A DNA stretch of 32,000 bases from Mycobacterium tuberculosis H37Rv (GTDB lineage: Bacteria > Actinomycetota > Actinomycetes > Mycobacteriales > Mycobacteriaceae), in the NCBI RefSeq assembly GCF_000195955.2, contig NC_000962.3:1320001-1352000 (forward strand). The letters run 5' to 3'. Under the pieces are notes generated by a model. The model was not told the origin of the DNA. It did no database searches and worked only from the letters and a program-made list of their open reading frames with translations. A program made the translations under genes and the position numbers. Positions 1-11,021 of this stretch are shown one piece after another (the stretch's first letter is position 1; each line of letters starts with the position of its first letter).

Positions 1-34
1 CGTTGCGGAAGTTTGAGATCGAGCCGAGGAGGGC

Positions 35-1453
35 ATGTTGCGGGTTGGACCGTTGACAATAGGCACGCTGGACGACTGGGCGCCGAGCACGGGTTCGACT
101 GTGTCATGGCGACCTTCGGCTGTCGCGCACACGAAAGCGTCGCAGGCGCCGATCAGCGATGTTCCGGTCAGTTATATGCAGGCGCAACATATTCGGGGCT
201 ATTGCGAGCAAAAGGCAAAGGGACTCGACTACTCGCGGTTGATGGTCGTCAGCTGCCAGCAGCCCGGCCAGTGCGATATCCGGGCGGCCAACTACGTGAT
301 CAACGCCCATCTCCGACGGCACGATACCTATCGCAGCTGGTTCCAATACAACGGCAACGGACAAATAATCCGGCGTACGATCCAGGATCCCGCCGACATC
401 GAGTTCGTACCAGTTCATCATGGTGAGCTCACGCTGCCGCAAATTCGCGAGATCGTGCAGAACACGCCGGATCCCCTGCAATGGGGTTGTTTTCGGTTTG
501 GGATCGTGCAAGGCTGCGACCATTTCACATTCTTTGCAAGTGTGGATCATGTGCATGTGGACGCGATGATCGTCGGTGTCACGCTCATGGAGTTCCACCT
601 GATGTACGCAGCGCTGGTGGGCGGCCATGCCCCTCTCGAGCTACCGCCGGCAGGCAGCTACGACGACTTCTGCCGCCGACAACACACGTTCAGCTCCACC
701 CTCACGGTGGAGTCGCCCCAGGTTCGCGCCTGGACGAAGTTCGCCGAAGGTACTAACGGTAGCTTTCCTGATTTTCCACTCCCACTTGGTGACCCATCGA
801 AACCCAGTGACGCGGATATTGTCACCGTGATGATGCTCGATGAAGAGCAGACGGCTCAATTCGAGTCCGTCTGCACGGCTGCCGGCGCTCGGTTCATCGG
901 TGGCGTACTAGCCTGCTGCGGCCTGGCTGAACACGAGTTGACCGGTACGACAACCTATTACGGACTAACGCCGCGCGACACGCGCCGCACTCCAGCGGAT
1001 GCCATGACCCAAGGTTGGTTCACCGGCCTAATTCCGATCACCGTCCCCATCGCCGGCTCGGCGTTCGGCGATGCCGCCCGAGCCGCGCAGACCTCGTTCG
1101 ACTCGGGCGTGAAGCTCGCCGAAGTACCCTACGACCGCGTCGTCGAATTGTCGTCCACGCTAACCATGCCACGACCGAACTTTCCCGTCGTCAACTTCCT
1201 CGACGCAGGCGCGGCTCCGCTTTCGGTACTGCTCACCGCGGAGTTAACCGGTACGAACATAGGAGTGTACAGCGACGGTCGCTACTCTTATCAACTGTCC
1301 ATCTACGTCATCCGCGTCGAGCAGGGGACGGCAGTGGCGGTCATGTTCCCCGACAACCCGATCGCCCGGGAATCGGTTGCCCGCTACCTGGCAACGCTGA
1401 AGTCTGTGTTCCAACGAGTCGCCGAGAGCGGGCAGCAGCAGAATGTTGCCTGA
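35..1453 (+). CDS. papA3: Acyltransferase of the Pap (polyketide-associated protein) family, PapA3 (Rv1182)
   Basis: 472-aa ORF; condensation-type HxxxD motif in 'ASVDHVHVDAM'; located directly upstream of an MmpL gene and a PE-PPE-domain acyltransferase gene. Confidence 0.95.
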   Translation: MLRVGPLTIGTLDDWAPSTGSTVSWRPSAVAHTKASQAPISDVPVSYMQAQHIRGYCEQKAKGLDYSRLMVVSCQQPGQCDIRAANYVINAHLRRHDTYRSWFQYNGNGQIIRRTIQDPADIEFVPVHHGELTLPQIREIVQNTPDPLQWGCFRFGIVQGCDHFTFFASVDHVHVDAMIVGVTLMEFHLMYAALVGGHAPLELPPAGSYDDFCRRQHTFSSTLTVESPQVRAWTKFAEGTNGSFPDFPLPLGDPSKPSDADIVTVMMLDEEQTAQFESVCTAAGARFIGGVLACCGLAEHELTGTTTYYGLTPRDTRRTPADAMTQGWFTGLIPITVPIAGSAFGDAARAAQTSFDSGVKLAEVPYDRVVELSSTLTMPRPNFPVVNFLDAGAAPLSVLLTAELTGTNIGVYSDGRYSYQLSIYVIRVEQGTAVAVMFPDNPIARESVARYLATLKSVFQRVAESGQQQNVA

Positions 1454-1519
1454 TTCATTCCCGGTGGTGAACCCATCTTCGCGCGGCTAGGTGAACTCGT
1501 CGCCCGGCGGCCTTGGGTT

Positions 1520-4500
1520 GTGGTCGGCTGTTGGGTCGCGCTCGCCCTGGTACTGCCGATGGCGGTGCCTTCACTGGCGGAGATGGCTCAGCGACATCCC
1601 GTCGCGGTCCTGCCTGCCGACGCGCCCTCCAGCGTCGCTGTTCGCCAGATGGCCGAGGCGTTCCACGAATCCGGCTCCGAGAATATCTTGGTAGTGCTGC
1701 TCACCGACGAGAAAGGCTTGGGAGCGGCGGACGAAAACGTCTACCACACATTGGTGGATCGTCTGCGAAACGACGCTAAAGACGTCGTGATGCTGCAGGA
1801 CTTCCTGACTACTCCGCCATTGCGTGAGGTGCTCGGTAGTAAAGATGGCAAGGCATGGATTCTGCCGATCGGTCTCGCGGGCGACCTGGGTACACCCAAG
1901 TCCTACCACGCTTACACCGACGTCGAACGCATCGTGAAACGAACTGTGGCCGGAACCACGTTGACGGCAAACGTGACAGGACCCGCAGCCACGGTGGCAG
2001 ACCTGACCGACGCTGGGGCTCGGGATCGGGCTTCAATCGAGCTGGCGATCGCCGTGATGTTGCTAGTCATCTTGATGGTCATCTATCGCAACCCGGTTAC
2101 CATGCTGTTGCCCCTGGTGACGATTGGCGCATCCTTGATGACCGCGCAGGCGTTGGTTGCCGGCGTGTCGCTCGTCGGCGGTCTAGCCGTATCCAATCAA
2201 GCGATCGTGTTGCTCAGCGCAATGATCGCTGGTGCGGGAACGGATTACGCCGTTTTCCTAATCAGCCGCTATCACGAGTATGTGCGGCTCGGTGAGCATC
2301 CCGAGCGTGCCGTCCAGCGGGCGATGATGTCCGTCGGGAAGGTGATCGCCGCGTCCGCGGCAACGGTCGGAATCACCTTCCTCGGCATGAGATTCGCCAA
2401 ACTCGGTGTGTTCTCAACGGTTGGCCCGGCTCTGGCGATCGGGATCGCGGTGTCGTTCTTGGCCGCGGTCACCCTGCTGCCCGCCATCCTGGTGCTGGCC
2501 TCACCGCGCGGGTGGGTCGCACCGCGCGGTGAACGCATGGCGACATTCTGGCGGCGGGCCGGAACGCGAATAGTGCGGCGGCCCAAAGCTTATCTAGGCG
2601 CCAGCTTGATTGGTCTGGTTGCATTGGCCAGCTGCGCGAGCCTGGCTCACTTCAACTACGACGACCGCAAACAATTGCCGCCTTCGGATCCGAGTTCGGT
2701 TGGGTACGCGGCAATGGAGCACCATTTCTCGGTGAATCAGACTATTCCTGAGTACTTGATCATCCACTCTGCACACGACCTGCGAACCCCGCGCGGCCTT
2801 GCCGACCTGGAGCAGCTGGCGCAACGTGTGAGCCAGATCCCAGGCGTTGCCATGGTTCGCGGTGTGACCCGGCCAAACGGGGAAACCCTTGAACAGGCCC
2901 GGGCGACATACCAAGCCGGCCAAGTTGGCAACCGGCTGGGCGGCGCGTCGCGAATGATCGATGAGCGCACCGGCGACCTGAATCGGCTGGCATCGGGTGC
3001 CAACCTGTTGGCCGACAATCTCGGTGACGTTCGCGGTCAAGTCAGCCGGGCCGTTGCGGGTGTCCGCAGCCTTGTCGACGCCCTCGCTTACATCCAGAAC
3101 CAGTTCGGTGGCAACAAAACATTCAACGAAATCGACAACGCTGCAAGGCTTGTCAGCAATATCCACGCGCTCGGTGACGCTCTGCAGGTAAACTTTGACG
3201 GTATCGCCAACAGTTTCGATTGGCTTGACTCTGTTGTCGCCGCTTTGGATACCAGCCCGGTCTGTGACAGCAACCCTATGTGTGGCAACGCGCGCGTTCA
3301 GTTTCACAAGCTGCAAACCGCACGTGACAATGGCACTCTCGACAAGGTTGTCGGCCTGGCGCGTCAGCTGCAGTCCACGCGGTCACCGCAGACCGTGTCG
3401 GCGGTGGTGAACGATCTGGGGCGATCGCTGAATTCGGTAGTCCGCTCGCTGAAATCACTGGGGTTGGACAATCCGGACGCCGCCCGGGCGCGCCTGATCA
3501 GCATGCAAAATGGAGCTAACGACCTCGCCAGCGCCGGTCGTCAGGTCGCAGACGGCGTCCAGATGCTGGTCGACCAGACCAAGAACATGGGCATCGGGCT
3601 GAACCAGGCGTCAGCCTTTCTGATGGCGATGGGCAACGATGCGTCGCAACCGTCGATGGCGGGTTTCAATGTCCCGCCGCAAGTGCTGAAGTCCGAGGAG
3701 TTCAAAAAAGTCGCCCAGGCGTTCATCTCGCCAGACGGGCATACCGTGCGGTACTTCATTCAGACCGACCTCAACCCGTTCAGCACTGCGGCCATGGATC
3801 AGGTCAACACGATCATTGACACAGCCAAAGGTGCACAGCCAAATACCTCCCTGGCTGACGCGTCGATATCAATGTCGGGTTACCCGGTCATGCTGAGGGA
3901 CATCCGCGATTACTACGAGCGCGATATGCGGCTCATCGTCGCTGTGACCGTCGTCGTGGTGATCCTGATCCTCATGGCACTGCTGCGTGCGATAGTGGCG
4001 CCGCTGTACCTGGTCGGTTCGGTGGTCATCTCGTACATGTCGGCGATCGGGCTTGGTGTGGTGGTGTTCCAGGTGTTCCTGGGGCAGGAATTGCACTGGA
4101 GTGTGCCCGGCCTAGCGTTTGTGGTGCTGGTCGCCGTGGGTGCGGACTACAACATGCTGCTGGCGTCGCGGTTGCGGGACGAGTCGGCATTGGGAGTGCG
4201 TTCCAGCGTGATTCGCACGGTGCGTTGCACGGGCGGAGTGATCACGGCAGCGGGTCTGATATTTGCCGCTTCGATGTCCGGCCTGCTGTTCTCCAGCATC
4301 GGAACCGTCGTCCAAGGCGGCTTCATCATTGGGGTCGGGATCCTGATAGACACGTTCGTGGTGCGGACCATCACCGTGCCTGCCATGGCCACGCTGCTCG
4401 GACGCGCAAGTTGGTGGCCCGGACACCCTTGGCAGCGGTGCGCACCCGAAGAAGGCCAGATGTCAGCCCGGATGTCAGCGCGCACGAAGACGGTATTTCA

Positions 4501-4528
4501 AGCCGTGGCAGACGGATCAAAGCGGTAG
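1520..4528 (+). CDS. mmpL10: MmpL-family RND transporter MmpL10 (Rv1183); true N-terminus probably longer than the GTG1520 start
   Basis: 1002-aa ORF with two TM blocks and RND/MmpL motifs ('[17 protein letters not shown]', '[17 protein letters not shown]'). The open frame continues upstream to the papA3 stop. Confidence 0.95.
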
Positions 4529-4531
4529 TGT

Positions 4532-5611
4532 TTAGCCGCCGAAGGCGGGGGAGCCCAGTAAGCCGCGGGCACCTTCCACGATCGAGCCCGGAGCGGTCAG
4601 CGGATCCAGGCCTCGCACCGGATCCACGGAGACCGGCCGGGTGAACCAATTGTCGTTGCGTGCATAGGCCGCGTCGATCTGTGGTTGCAGCACACTGTCG
4701 ATTTGATCGACTTCGGCGTCGGACATGCCGAGGTAACGCAGCGGCAAGGTCAACGGGAGGTGGTTCACGGGGACCAGATACGTCGTCGTGGTAGCGCCTC
4801 GTGAGTTGACGGTGGTCCTGATGTTCTGCGGGGGTACGTCACCGGGTCCGGTGAACCCGATTGGGGTGTGCGCGATGGCAGCGCCGATGGCCGCATTGGC
4901 GACCGCTAACAGATTGTCCGGCCGGTCCGGGAAGTCGCTGAAGCCGTCGTATGCGGTGACGACATGGTTGGTGTCGTACTGGCTATCCACCTGCTGGGGC
5001 ATCGTATATTCGATGAAGGGAATCGGAATGTGGCTACCGGGGGGAAAAATTCGGGCCAGGAAGCTCGCTCCGAACGCATGACGTCCGGTGGGGTCGCCGA
5101 ACGTCGTGAACTGCAGCTTGTCCGGTGCAGGTGCCGTCGGGTCGTTGGCGAGCCGCGCCTGCTCCTGGTCGAGCACGAGGGAACCCTGGGATAGGCCGAC
5201 GGCCGCGGCTGGATCGGTTCCGTGATGAATTGCGTTATCAAGGCTGTTTGTCCCATCTTTGACCGCCACGCCCACCGTCATGTTGTCTTGGTGGCTCCCT
5301 GGCGGCAAAAGCATGGTGGGCCACCAGCTGAAGGCCGCTCCGGCGGGATAGTCGATGAGATCGTGCTTTGCGTTTGGGAAATATTGAGAGCCAGCCTGGT
5401 TCGTGTACTCGTACCAGGGAATGCCCGGCATTCGCGCGCCCCCGAGGGCGTAGACGACTTTGGCGGTTGAAGCGTCGCCCACCGGAGAGGGGGACGGAGG
5501 TGGCCCAGGAGCCCACGGGTACGCGGGTTCGCTTGCCGCAATAGCGGTTCCGAATCCACCGGCCCAACCCACGAGCCAGACCGCGAATGCTCCCGCAATC
5601 ACTCGCTTCAT
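4532..5611 (-). CDS. chp2: Secreted/membrane-anchored PE-PPE-domain acyltransferase/esterase (Rv1184c, Chp2)
   Basis: 359 aa from ATG 5611; N-terminal signal/TM 'MKRVIAGAFAVWLVGWAGGFGTAIAA'; alpha/beta nucleophile elbow 'GLSQGS'; adjacent to papA3/mmpL10. The ORF track extends 12 codons further upstream. Confidence 0.88.
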   Translation of the reverse strand: MKRVIAGAFAVWLVGWAGGFGTAIAASEPAYPWAPGPPPSPSPVGDASTAKVVYALGGARMPGIPWYEYTNQAGSQYFPNAKHDLIDYPAGAAFSWWPTMLLPPGSHQDNMTVGVAVKDGTNSLDNAIHHGTDPAAAVGLSQGSLVLDQEQARLANDPTAPAPDKLQFTTFGDPTGRHAFGASFLARIFPPGSHIPIPFIEYTMPQQVDSQYDTNHVVTAYDGFSDFPDRPDNLLAVANAAIGAAIAHTPIGFTGPGDVPPQNIRTTVNSRGATTTTYLVPVNHLPLTLPLRYLGMSDAEVDQIDSVLQPQIDAAYARNDNWFTRPVSVDPVRGLDPLTAPGSIVEGARGLLGSPAFGG

Positions 5612-5775
5612 CTGCCTCTGCATCGAGAATCGCGTGCGTGAAAGCATAGGAAAGCAGCTATCGTTCGGCGGTTTTCGGGCGGTTATGTCGCCATATCTTA
5701 GTCAGCCACGTCCCGGCCGACATTAAAGTTGGCAGCCAACAAGCTGTGAATCGCCCTGGGTCAGCCCCGACTAGC

Positions 5776-7512
5776 TCAGCCGTCCAACCGGGTGAATTGC
5801 TGCAGCCGGTATTGCTCTACACAGGCGGCCCTTCTGATCTTGCCGCTGGTTGTGGTGGGGATCGACCCGGGCGGGACCAAGACGAGGTCCGCCACGTTGA
5901 GACCGTGCGAGCGTGATATCGCGGCTGTGACGTTGTTCTTGATGACATCGAGTTCGTCCATCGCTTCGCCGGCGGAATCGCCGAGGAGCTTGAGCTCGAT
6001 GACAGTGACTAACTTCTCTGTGTGATCGACCGGAACTGAAATCGCAGCGACCCGACCACCAGTGATCTCCTGGACGGTCGACTCGATGTCCTCGGGGTAG
6101 TGATTGCGCCCGTATACGATCAGCATGTCCTTCATACGGCCCACGATGAACATCTCGTCCTCGGAGAGGAATCCGAGGTCTCCCGTTCGCAACCAGGATC
6201 CATCAGGAGTACCTGCCGAGGGGTGGACCAGCATTGCGCCAAAGGTGTGCCGTGTCTCGTCCGGTTTGTTCCAGTAGCCTTCGGCGACGTTGTCGCCCTT
6301 CACCCAGATCTCGCCGATCGTTCCCGCGGGGCACTCAATGCAGGTGTCGGGATCCACAATTCGCACTGTTGGTGATGTCGGCATGCCATAGCTCAGCAGC
6401 GGTGTGCCGGTCTTGGGTTCACATCGATTCGCACTGCCCGTGGACAGCTTGTCAGGTTCGAAGTAGACGACTTCTGGCTTGTCACCCGAATTGCGGCTGG
6501 CCACATAAAGAGTCGCTTCCGCCAGACCGTACGAAGGCCGTATCATGTCTTCGCGGAAATTGTACGGTGCAAACCGGTTGCAGAATCTACTGAGCGTGTT
6601 GGGGTGGACTCGTTCAGCACCACTGGTGATGCCCAGGACGTTGCCGAGGTCGAGGCCTTCTATGTCGGCATCTGTTGTCTTGCGGACGGCCAATTCGAAG
6701 GCGAAATTCGGTGCGGCCGACCACGAAGGACTTCCGTTGGCCAGCGAATGTAGCCAACGCGCTGGCCGTTGCAGGAACGCCAGCGGGCTAGTGAGTTCAC
6801 TGCGGTAGCCGCCCAGGATCGGTGCGATGATGCCAAGGACCAAGCCCATGTCGTGGTAGAACGGCAGCCACGACACGATGGTAGTGTCAGGTGGCGCCAC
6901 ACCGTTGCGGTCGCCGAAGTAGTTCGACATCAGCTGTTGGAAATTCGCCTGAAGGTTCCGATGCGAGATCATGACCCCAGCCGGAGCGCGGGTGGAGCCA
7001 GAGGTGTACTGCAAGTACGCGGCGCTTGGCAGATCCTTCACCCGAAAGCTCGGTGAATTCCCGGTCAAGTCCAATGAATCGATTTCGATGATCGGCCCTA
7101 CGTTGTTCGTGTTCGGCCGGTGGATGTGCTCGGCAACCGCTTCTGCGACCGCAGATGTTGTCAGGATGACCGAAGGTGACGCGTCGGCAAGCACCGCGCT
7201 GACACGTTCGTCGTGAGAGCCGATCTGCGGGACTGACAACGGAACCGCTATCGCTCCGGCCTGCATCGAACCTAGGAAAGCCGCGATGTAGGCCAGGCCC
7301 TGCGGAGCCAGAATCACGGCTCGGTCTCCGGTCGTGCAATGCCGCCTGACTTCGTGAGCAACGATGCGGGTCCGTCGAAACACCTCTGACCACGTGAGCG
7401 TCTCGGTGATGCCGGCCCAATCCTGTTCGTAGTCGATGTACGTGAACGCGGCGTCGTCGGGCTGCAGGCCGGCACGCTCGCGCAGCAAGGACAAGACAGA
7501 AGAGTCGGACAT
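5776..7512 (-). CDS. fadD21: Long-chain fatty-acyl-AMP ligase FadD21 (Rv1185c)
   Basis: 578 aa from '[15 protein letters not shown]'; AMP-binding motif '[20 protein letters not shown]'; 'GDLGFL', '[20 protein letters not shown]'. Confidence 0.93.
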   Translation of the reverse strand: MSDSSVLSLLRERAGLQPDDAAFTYIDYEQDWAGITETLTWSEVFRRTRIVAHEVRRHCTTGDRAVILAPQGLAYIAAFLGSMQAGAIAVPLSVPQIGSHDERVSAVLADASPSVILTTSAVAEAVAEHIHRPNTNNVGPIIEIDSLDLTGNSPSFRVKDLPSAAYLQYTSGSTRAPAGVMISHRNLQANFQQLMSNYFGDRNGVAPPDTTIVSWLPFYHDMGLVLGIIAPILGGYRSELTSPLAFLQRPARWLHSLANGSPSWSAAPNFAFELAVRKTTDADIEGLDLGNVLGITSGAERVHPNTLSRFCNRFAPYNFREDMIRPSYGLAEATLYVASRNSGDKPEVVYFEPDKLSTGSANRCEPKTGTPLLSYGMPTSPTVRIVDPDTCIECPAGTIGEIWVKGDNVAEGYWNKPDETRHTFGAMLVHPSAGTPDGSWLRTGDLGFLSEDEMFIVGRMKDMLIVYGRNHYPEDIESTVQEITGGRVAAISVPVDHTEKLVTVIELKLLGDSAGEAMDELDVIKNNVTAAISRSHGLNVADLVLVPPGSIPTTTSGKIRRAACVEQYRLQQFTRLDG

Positions 7513-7688
7513 TGGTGCTACATTACCGTTTCGCGCGATCTCCGATAACCCAAGCGGGCAGGGGGATGGTTGGCGATAGCGATGCTGATCATAACGTTCT
7601 GCAATGCTGTGCATGTGCTGAAACAGGTTGACGCAGAGTCGAAGTCGGTGTACGCAGGGGCGCCGTGAGGGGCGTCACGGTCGAGTTG

Positions 7689-9305
7689 CTAAGCCGTGCG
7701 TTCCATGGCCCGCAGCCCCAGCGAAAAGAGCAGCCGCACATCCGGATCGCCCAGCGAGGTCGACAACAGCTGCTCGATCCGCCTTATCCGGTAGCGAACG
7801 GTGTTGGGATGCACTTGCAGTGACCGTGCGGCGGCGCCGATGTCGCCGAAGGCATCCAGGTAGGCACGCAGGGTCTGAGCCAGCACCGGGTCCTGGGCGC
7901 CCAGGTCACGTATCCGAGGATCGACGAGCCGCTGGTCGGTGCCGACCAGGGTGACGATTTCGTCGAGCAGAACGGTGGTGCGTGCCTCGGCCAGCGATGT
8001 CACCTGCCCCAAGATCGGGTGGCGCTCGGCACTCTCGAGTACCCGATCCACCTCGACGCGTGCCGGGTTGACTTCGGCAAGTCCCGCGACCGGCCCCGCG
8101 ATGGCTGCCCGTAGTGCTACTCCCAGCTCGGCGCGCAGTGCGCTGATTGTGCCGCGGACCCACGAGGTGACAGCTCGGCCGGTCGTGGTTTGGGGCAGCA
8201 GCACATAGATCCGTGAGCCGTTGGCGGCAACCTGAGCGTCGTGGCGAAAAGCGCTGGCGCTCAATGCCATGACGTCAACAAGCCGAACATGGCGGACTGC
8301 GGTATCGCGGTTTTCCGCGGTGTCGAAACCGATCAGCGTTGCGTTGCCCTCGGCGGCGACGCCGAGTTCACGGGCGATGGTCGATACGTCGACGGGTGCT
8401 GTGGTTGCGTTCAGCTCGGCCAGGCCCAGTAGTTGCTGTACCCGCAGCGCGTGCGTATTGGGCTGGGTCGCCAGTCGCGACATGATCCGGGCGGCCAGCA
8501 CCGCAGCACCCCGCAACATCTCCTCGGCATCGTCGGCCAACGGCTGCGAGCCTTGCTGGACCCAGATCGTGCCGGCGAACACCGGTGGCCGCAGCGCACC
8601 GACCCCCGGCTGATGAATCCCGATGGCTAGCCGAGGACGCAACCCCAGCTCGGGGCGCTCGGCCACCCGCACCACCTCACGGCCGGGCCGCAGGGCATCG
8701 AAGATGCCCCATTGACCTATCCACTGCAGATGCTCGGGCGGGCCGGCGCGGCCCAGGATGGACAGCCGACGCAGCTCGTCGGCCTCGTCGTTGGAGGCCG
8801 AGTAGGCGAGCACGTGCGACTGGGCGTCCTCGATGCTGATCATGCCGTGGATGCGGTCGGCCAGGGACTGTGCCAACCCGAACAGGTCGGTTCCGGAATC
8901 GTCGGTGGGGTCGGCCCGGTCACCATGATGCTCCAAGACATGATTCACCAAGTGGTACAGCCGTTCCCAGCGGGCCCGCGGCTCCACGGCTACCACCGCC
9001 GAGCCGGCGCGGACGGCCCCGGCCACCACCGAGTCCGACGGGTGCTTGACGAAGATCGCCACCGGCGCCCGTTGGCGTGCCTGATCGTCGACCCAGCGCA
9101 CCGCCTCGTCGTCGGTGACCCCGATCAGGAAGAACACATCGGCCGAGCCCGCCGCGGCCGCCAGGCCCAGCCGCACGTCGTCGGAATCGATCAGCGCCGT
9201 CGACGCCACCGGCAGGTCCAGGCCGCGCGGGGCGTCCACCAGGCTGACCACGGTCGCATCCAGCGCCAGGAGCAACTGGCCGAGCCCCACGCCGGCGATC
9301 CGCAT
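7689..9305 (-). CDS. PucR/CdaR-type transcriptional regulator (Rv1186c; PruC-like activator of proline catabolism)
   Basis: 538 aa from ATG 9305; C-terminal PucR-type HTH 'FGDIGAAARSLQVHPNTVRYRIRRIEQLL'; divergent from rocA/putA. Confidence 0.85.
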   Translation of the reverse strand: MRIAGVGLGQLLLALDATVVSLVDAPRGLDLPVASTALIDSDDVRLGLAAAAGSADVFFLIGVTDDEAVRWVDDQARQRAPVAIFVKHPSDSVVAGAVRAGSAVVAVEPRARWERLYHLVNHVLEHHGDRADPTDDSGTDLFGLAQSLADRIHGMISIEDAQSHVLAYSASNDEADELRRLSILGRAGPPEHLQWIGQWGIFDALRPGREVVRVAERPELGLRPRLAIGIHQPGVGALRPPVFAGTIWVQQGSQPLADDAEEMLRGAAVLAARIMSRLATQPNTHALRVQQLLGLAELNATTAPVDVSTIARELGVAAEGNATLIGFDTAENRDTAVRHVRLVDVMALSASAFRHDAQVAANGSRIYVLLPQTTTGRAVTSWVRGTISALRAELGVALRAAIAGPVAGLAEVNPARVEVDRVLESAERHPILGQVTSLAEARTTVLLDEIVTLVGTDQRLVDPRIRDLGAQDPVLAQTLRAYLDAFGDIGAAARSLQVHPNTVRYRIRRIEQLLSTSLGDPDVRLLFSLGLRAMERTA

Positions 9306-9389
9306 GTTGTCCGATCCTACTAGCAAGTCCGCCAGATCTTGTCTGATCGGCCAAACATTTGCGATGCCTGGGCGGGGATGCTGGCAGGC

Positions 9390-11021
9390 ATGGACGCGAT
9401 CACCCAGGTGCCGGTTCCGGCCAACGAGCCGGTGCACGACTATGCGCCGAAATCCCCGGAACGGACCCGGCTGCGCACCGAACTGGCCTCCCTGGCCGAT
9501 CACCCCATCGACCTGCCGCACGTCATCGGCGGCCGACACCGGATGGGCGACGGCGAGCGAATCGACGTCGTGCAGCCGCACCGGCACGCCGCCAGGCTGG
9601 GCACCCTGACCAACGCCACCCACGCCGACGCCGCGGCCGCCGTCGAAGCCGCCATGTCTGCCAAAAGTGACTGGGCGGCACTGCCGTTCGATGAACGTGC
9701 CGCGGTGTTCCTGCGCGCCGCCGATCTGTTGGCCGGGCCGTGGCGGGAAAAGATCGCCGCCGCAACCATGCTCGGCCAATCCAAGTCGGTGTACCAGGCC
9801 GAGATCGACGCGGTCTGCGAGCTGATCGACTTCTGGCGGTTCAACGTCGCTTTCGCCCGACAGATTTTGGAGCAGCAGCCGATCAGTGGCCCGGGGGAAT
9901 GGAACCGGATCGACTACCGCCCGCTGGACGGTTTCGTCTACGCGATCACGCCGTTCAACTTCACCTCGATCGCCGGCAATCTGCCGACCGCCCCGGCTCT
10001 GATGGGCAACACCGTGATCTGGAAGCCGTCGATCACCCAGACGCTGGCGGCCTATCTGACCATGCAACTGCTCGAGGCCGCCGGGTTGCCGCCCGGGGTG
10101 ATCAACCTGGTCACTGGCGACGGATTCGCGGTTTCCGATGTGGCACTGGCCGATCCACGGCTGGCCGGCATCCACTTCACCGGGTCGACGGCTACCTTCG
10201 GCCACCTATGGCAGTGGGTGGGTACCAATATCGGCCGCTACCATAGCTATCCGCGACTGGTCGGCGAGACCGGGGGCAAGGACTTCGTGGTGGCGCACGC
10301 CTCGGCCCGCCCGGATGTGCTGCGCACGGCCCTGATTCGCGGAGCATTCGATTACCAGGGCCAGAAGTGCTCGGCGGTGTCGCGAGCGTTTATCGCGCAT
10401 TCGGTGTGGCAGCGGATGGGCGATGAGTTGCTGGCCAAAGCCGCCGAGCTGCGCTACGGTGACATCACCGACCTGTCCAACTACGGTGGTGCGCTGATCG
10501 ACCAGCGCGCCTTCGTCAAGAACGTCGACGCCATCGAACGGGCCAAAGGCGCGGCCGCGGTCACCGTCGCCGTCGGCGGCGAATACGACGACAGCGAAGG
10601 CTATTTCGTGCGCCCCACGGTGTTGCTCTCCGACGACCCGACCGACGAGTCGTTTGTCATCGAGTACTTCGGTCCGCTGCTGTCGGTGCATGTCTACCCC
10701 GACGAGCGCTACGAGCAGATCCTCGACGTCATCGACACCGGATCCCGCTACGCGCTGACCGGCGCGGTCATCGCCGACGACCGGCAGGCCGTGCTGACCG
10801 CGCTGGATCGGCTGCGGTTCGCGGCGGGGAACTTCTATGTCAACGACAAGCCGACGGGGGCGGTGGTGGGGCGTCAGCCGTTCGGCGGTGCACGCGGATC
10901 GGGCACCAACGACAAGGCCGGTTCGCCGTTGAACCTGCTGCGGTGGACGTCGGCGCGCAGCATCAAGGAGACGTTCGTCGCGGCCACCGACCACATCTAC
11001 CCGCACATGGCGGTCGACTGA
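9390..11021 (+). CDS. rocA: 1-pyrroline-5-carboxylate dehydrogenase RocA/PruA (Rv1187)
   Basis: 543 aa from 'MDAITQVPVPANEPV'; aldehyde dehydrogenase motifs 'ETGGKDF' and 'GAFDYQGQKCSAVSRAF' (catalytic Cys). Confidence 0.95.
   Translation: MDAITQVPVPANEPVHDYAPKSPERTRLRTELASLADHPIDLPHVIGGRHRMGDGERIDVVQPHRHAARLGTLTNATHADAAAAVEAAMSAKSDWAALPFDERAAVFLRAADLLAGPWREKIAAATMLGQSKSVYQAEIDAVCELIDFWRFNVAFARQILEQQPISGPGEWNRIDYRPLDGFVYAITPFNFTSIAGNLPTAPALMGNTVIWKPSITQTLAAYLTMQLLEAAGLPPGVINLVTGDGFAVSDVALADPRLAGIHFTGSTATFGHLWQWVGTNIGRYHSYPRLVGETGGKDFVVAHASARPDVLRTALIRGAFDYQGQKCSAVSRAFIAHSVWQRMGDELLAKAAELRYGDITDLSNYGGALIDQRAFVKNVDAIERAKGAAAVTVAVGGEYDDSEGYFVRPTVLLSDDPTDESFVIEYFGPLLSVHVYPDERYEQILDVIDTGSRYALTGAVIADDRQAVLTALDRLRFAAGNFYVNDKPTGAVVGRQPFGGARGSGTNDKAGSPLNLLRWTSARSIKETFVAATDHIYPHMAVD

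Noticed and set aside
13-426. 137-aa ORF overlapping the 5' part of papA3.
   Set aside because: Alternative frame of a strong conserved gene, low-complexity Arg/Gly-rich, no domain-like pattern.
2594-3316. 240-aa antisense ORF in mmpL10.
   Set aside because: Mirror of high third-position GC in mmpL10; no recognisable motifs.
9306-10205. Track ORF 7689-10205 (-) extends the Rv1186c frame by 300 codons upstream.
   Set aside because: The extension is antisense to the conserved rocA coding sequence and has no recognisable protein features. It is a high-GC shadow frame; regulator homology begins near ATG 9305.
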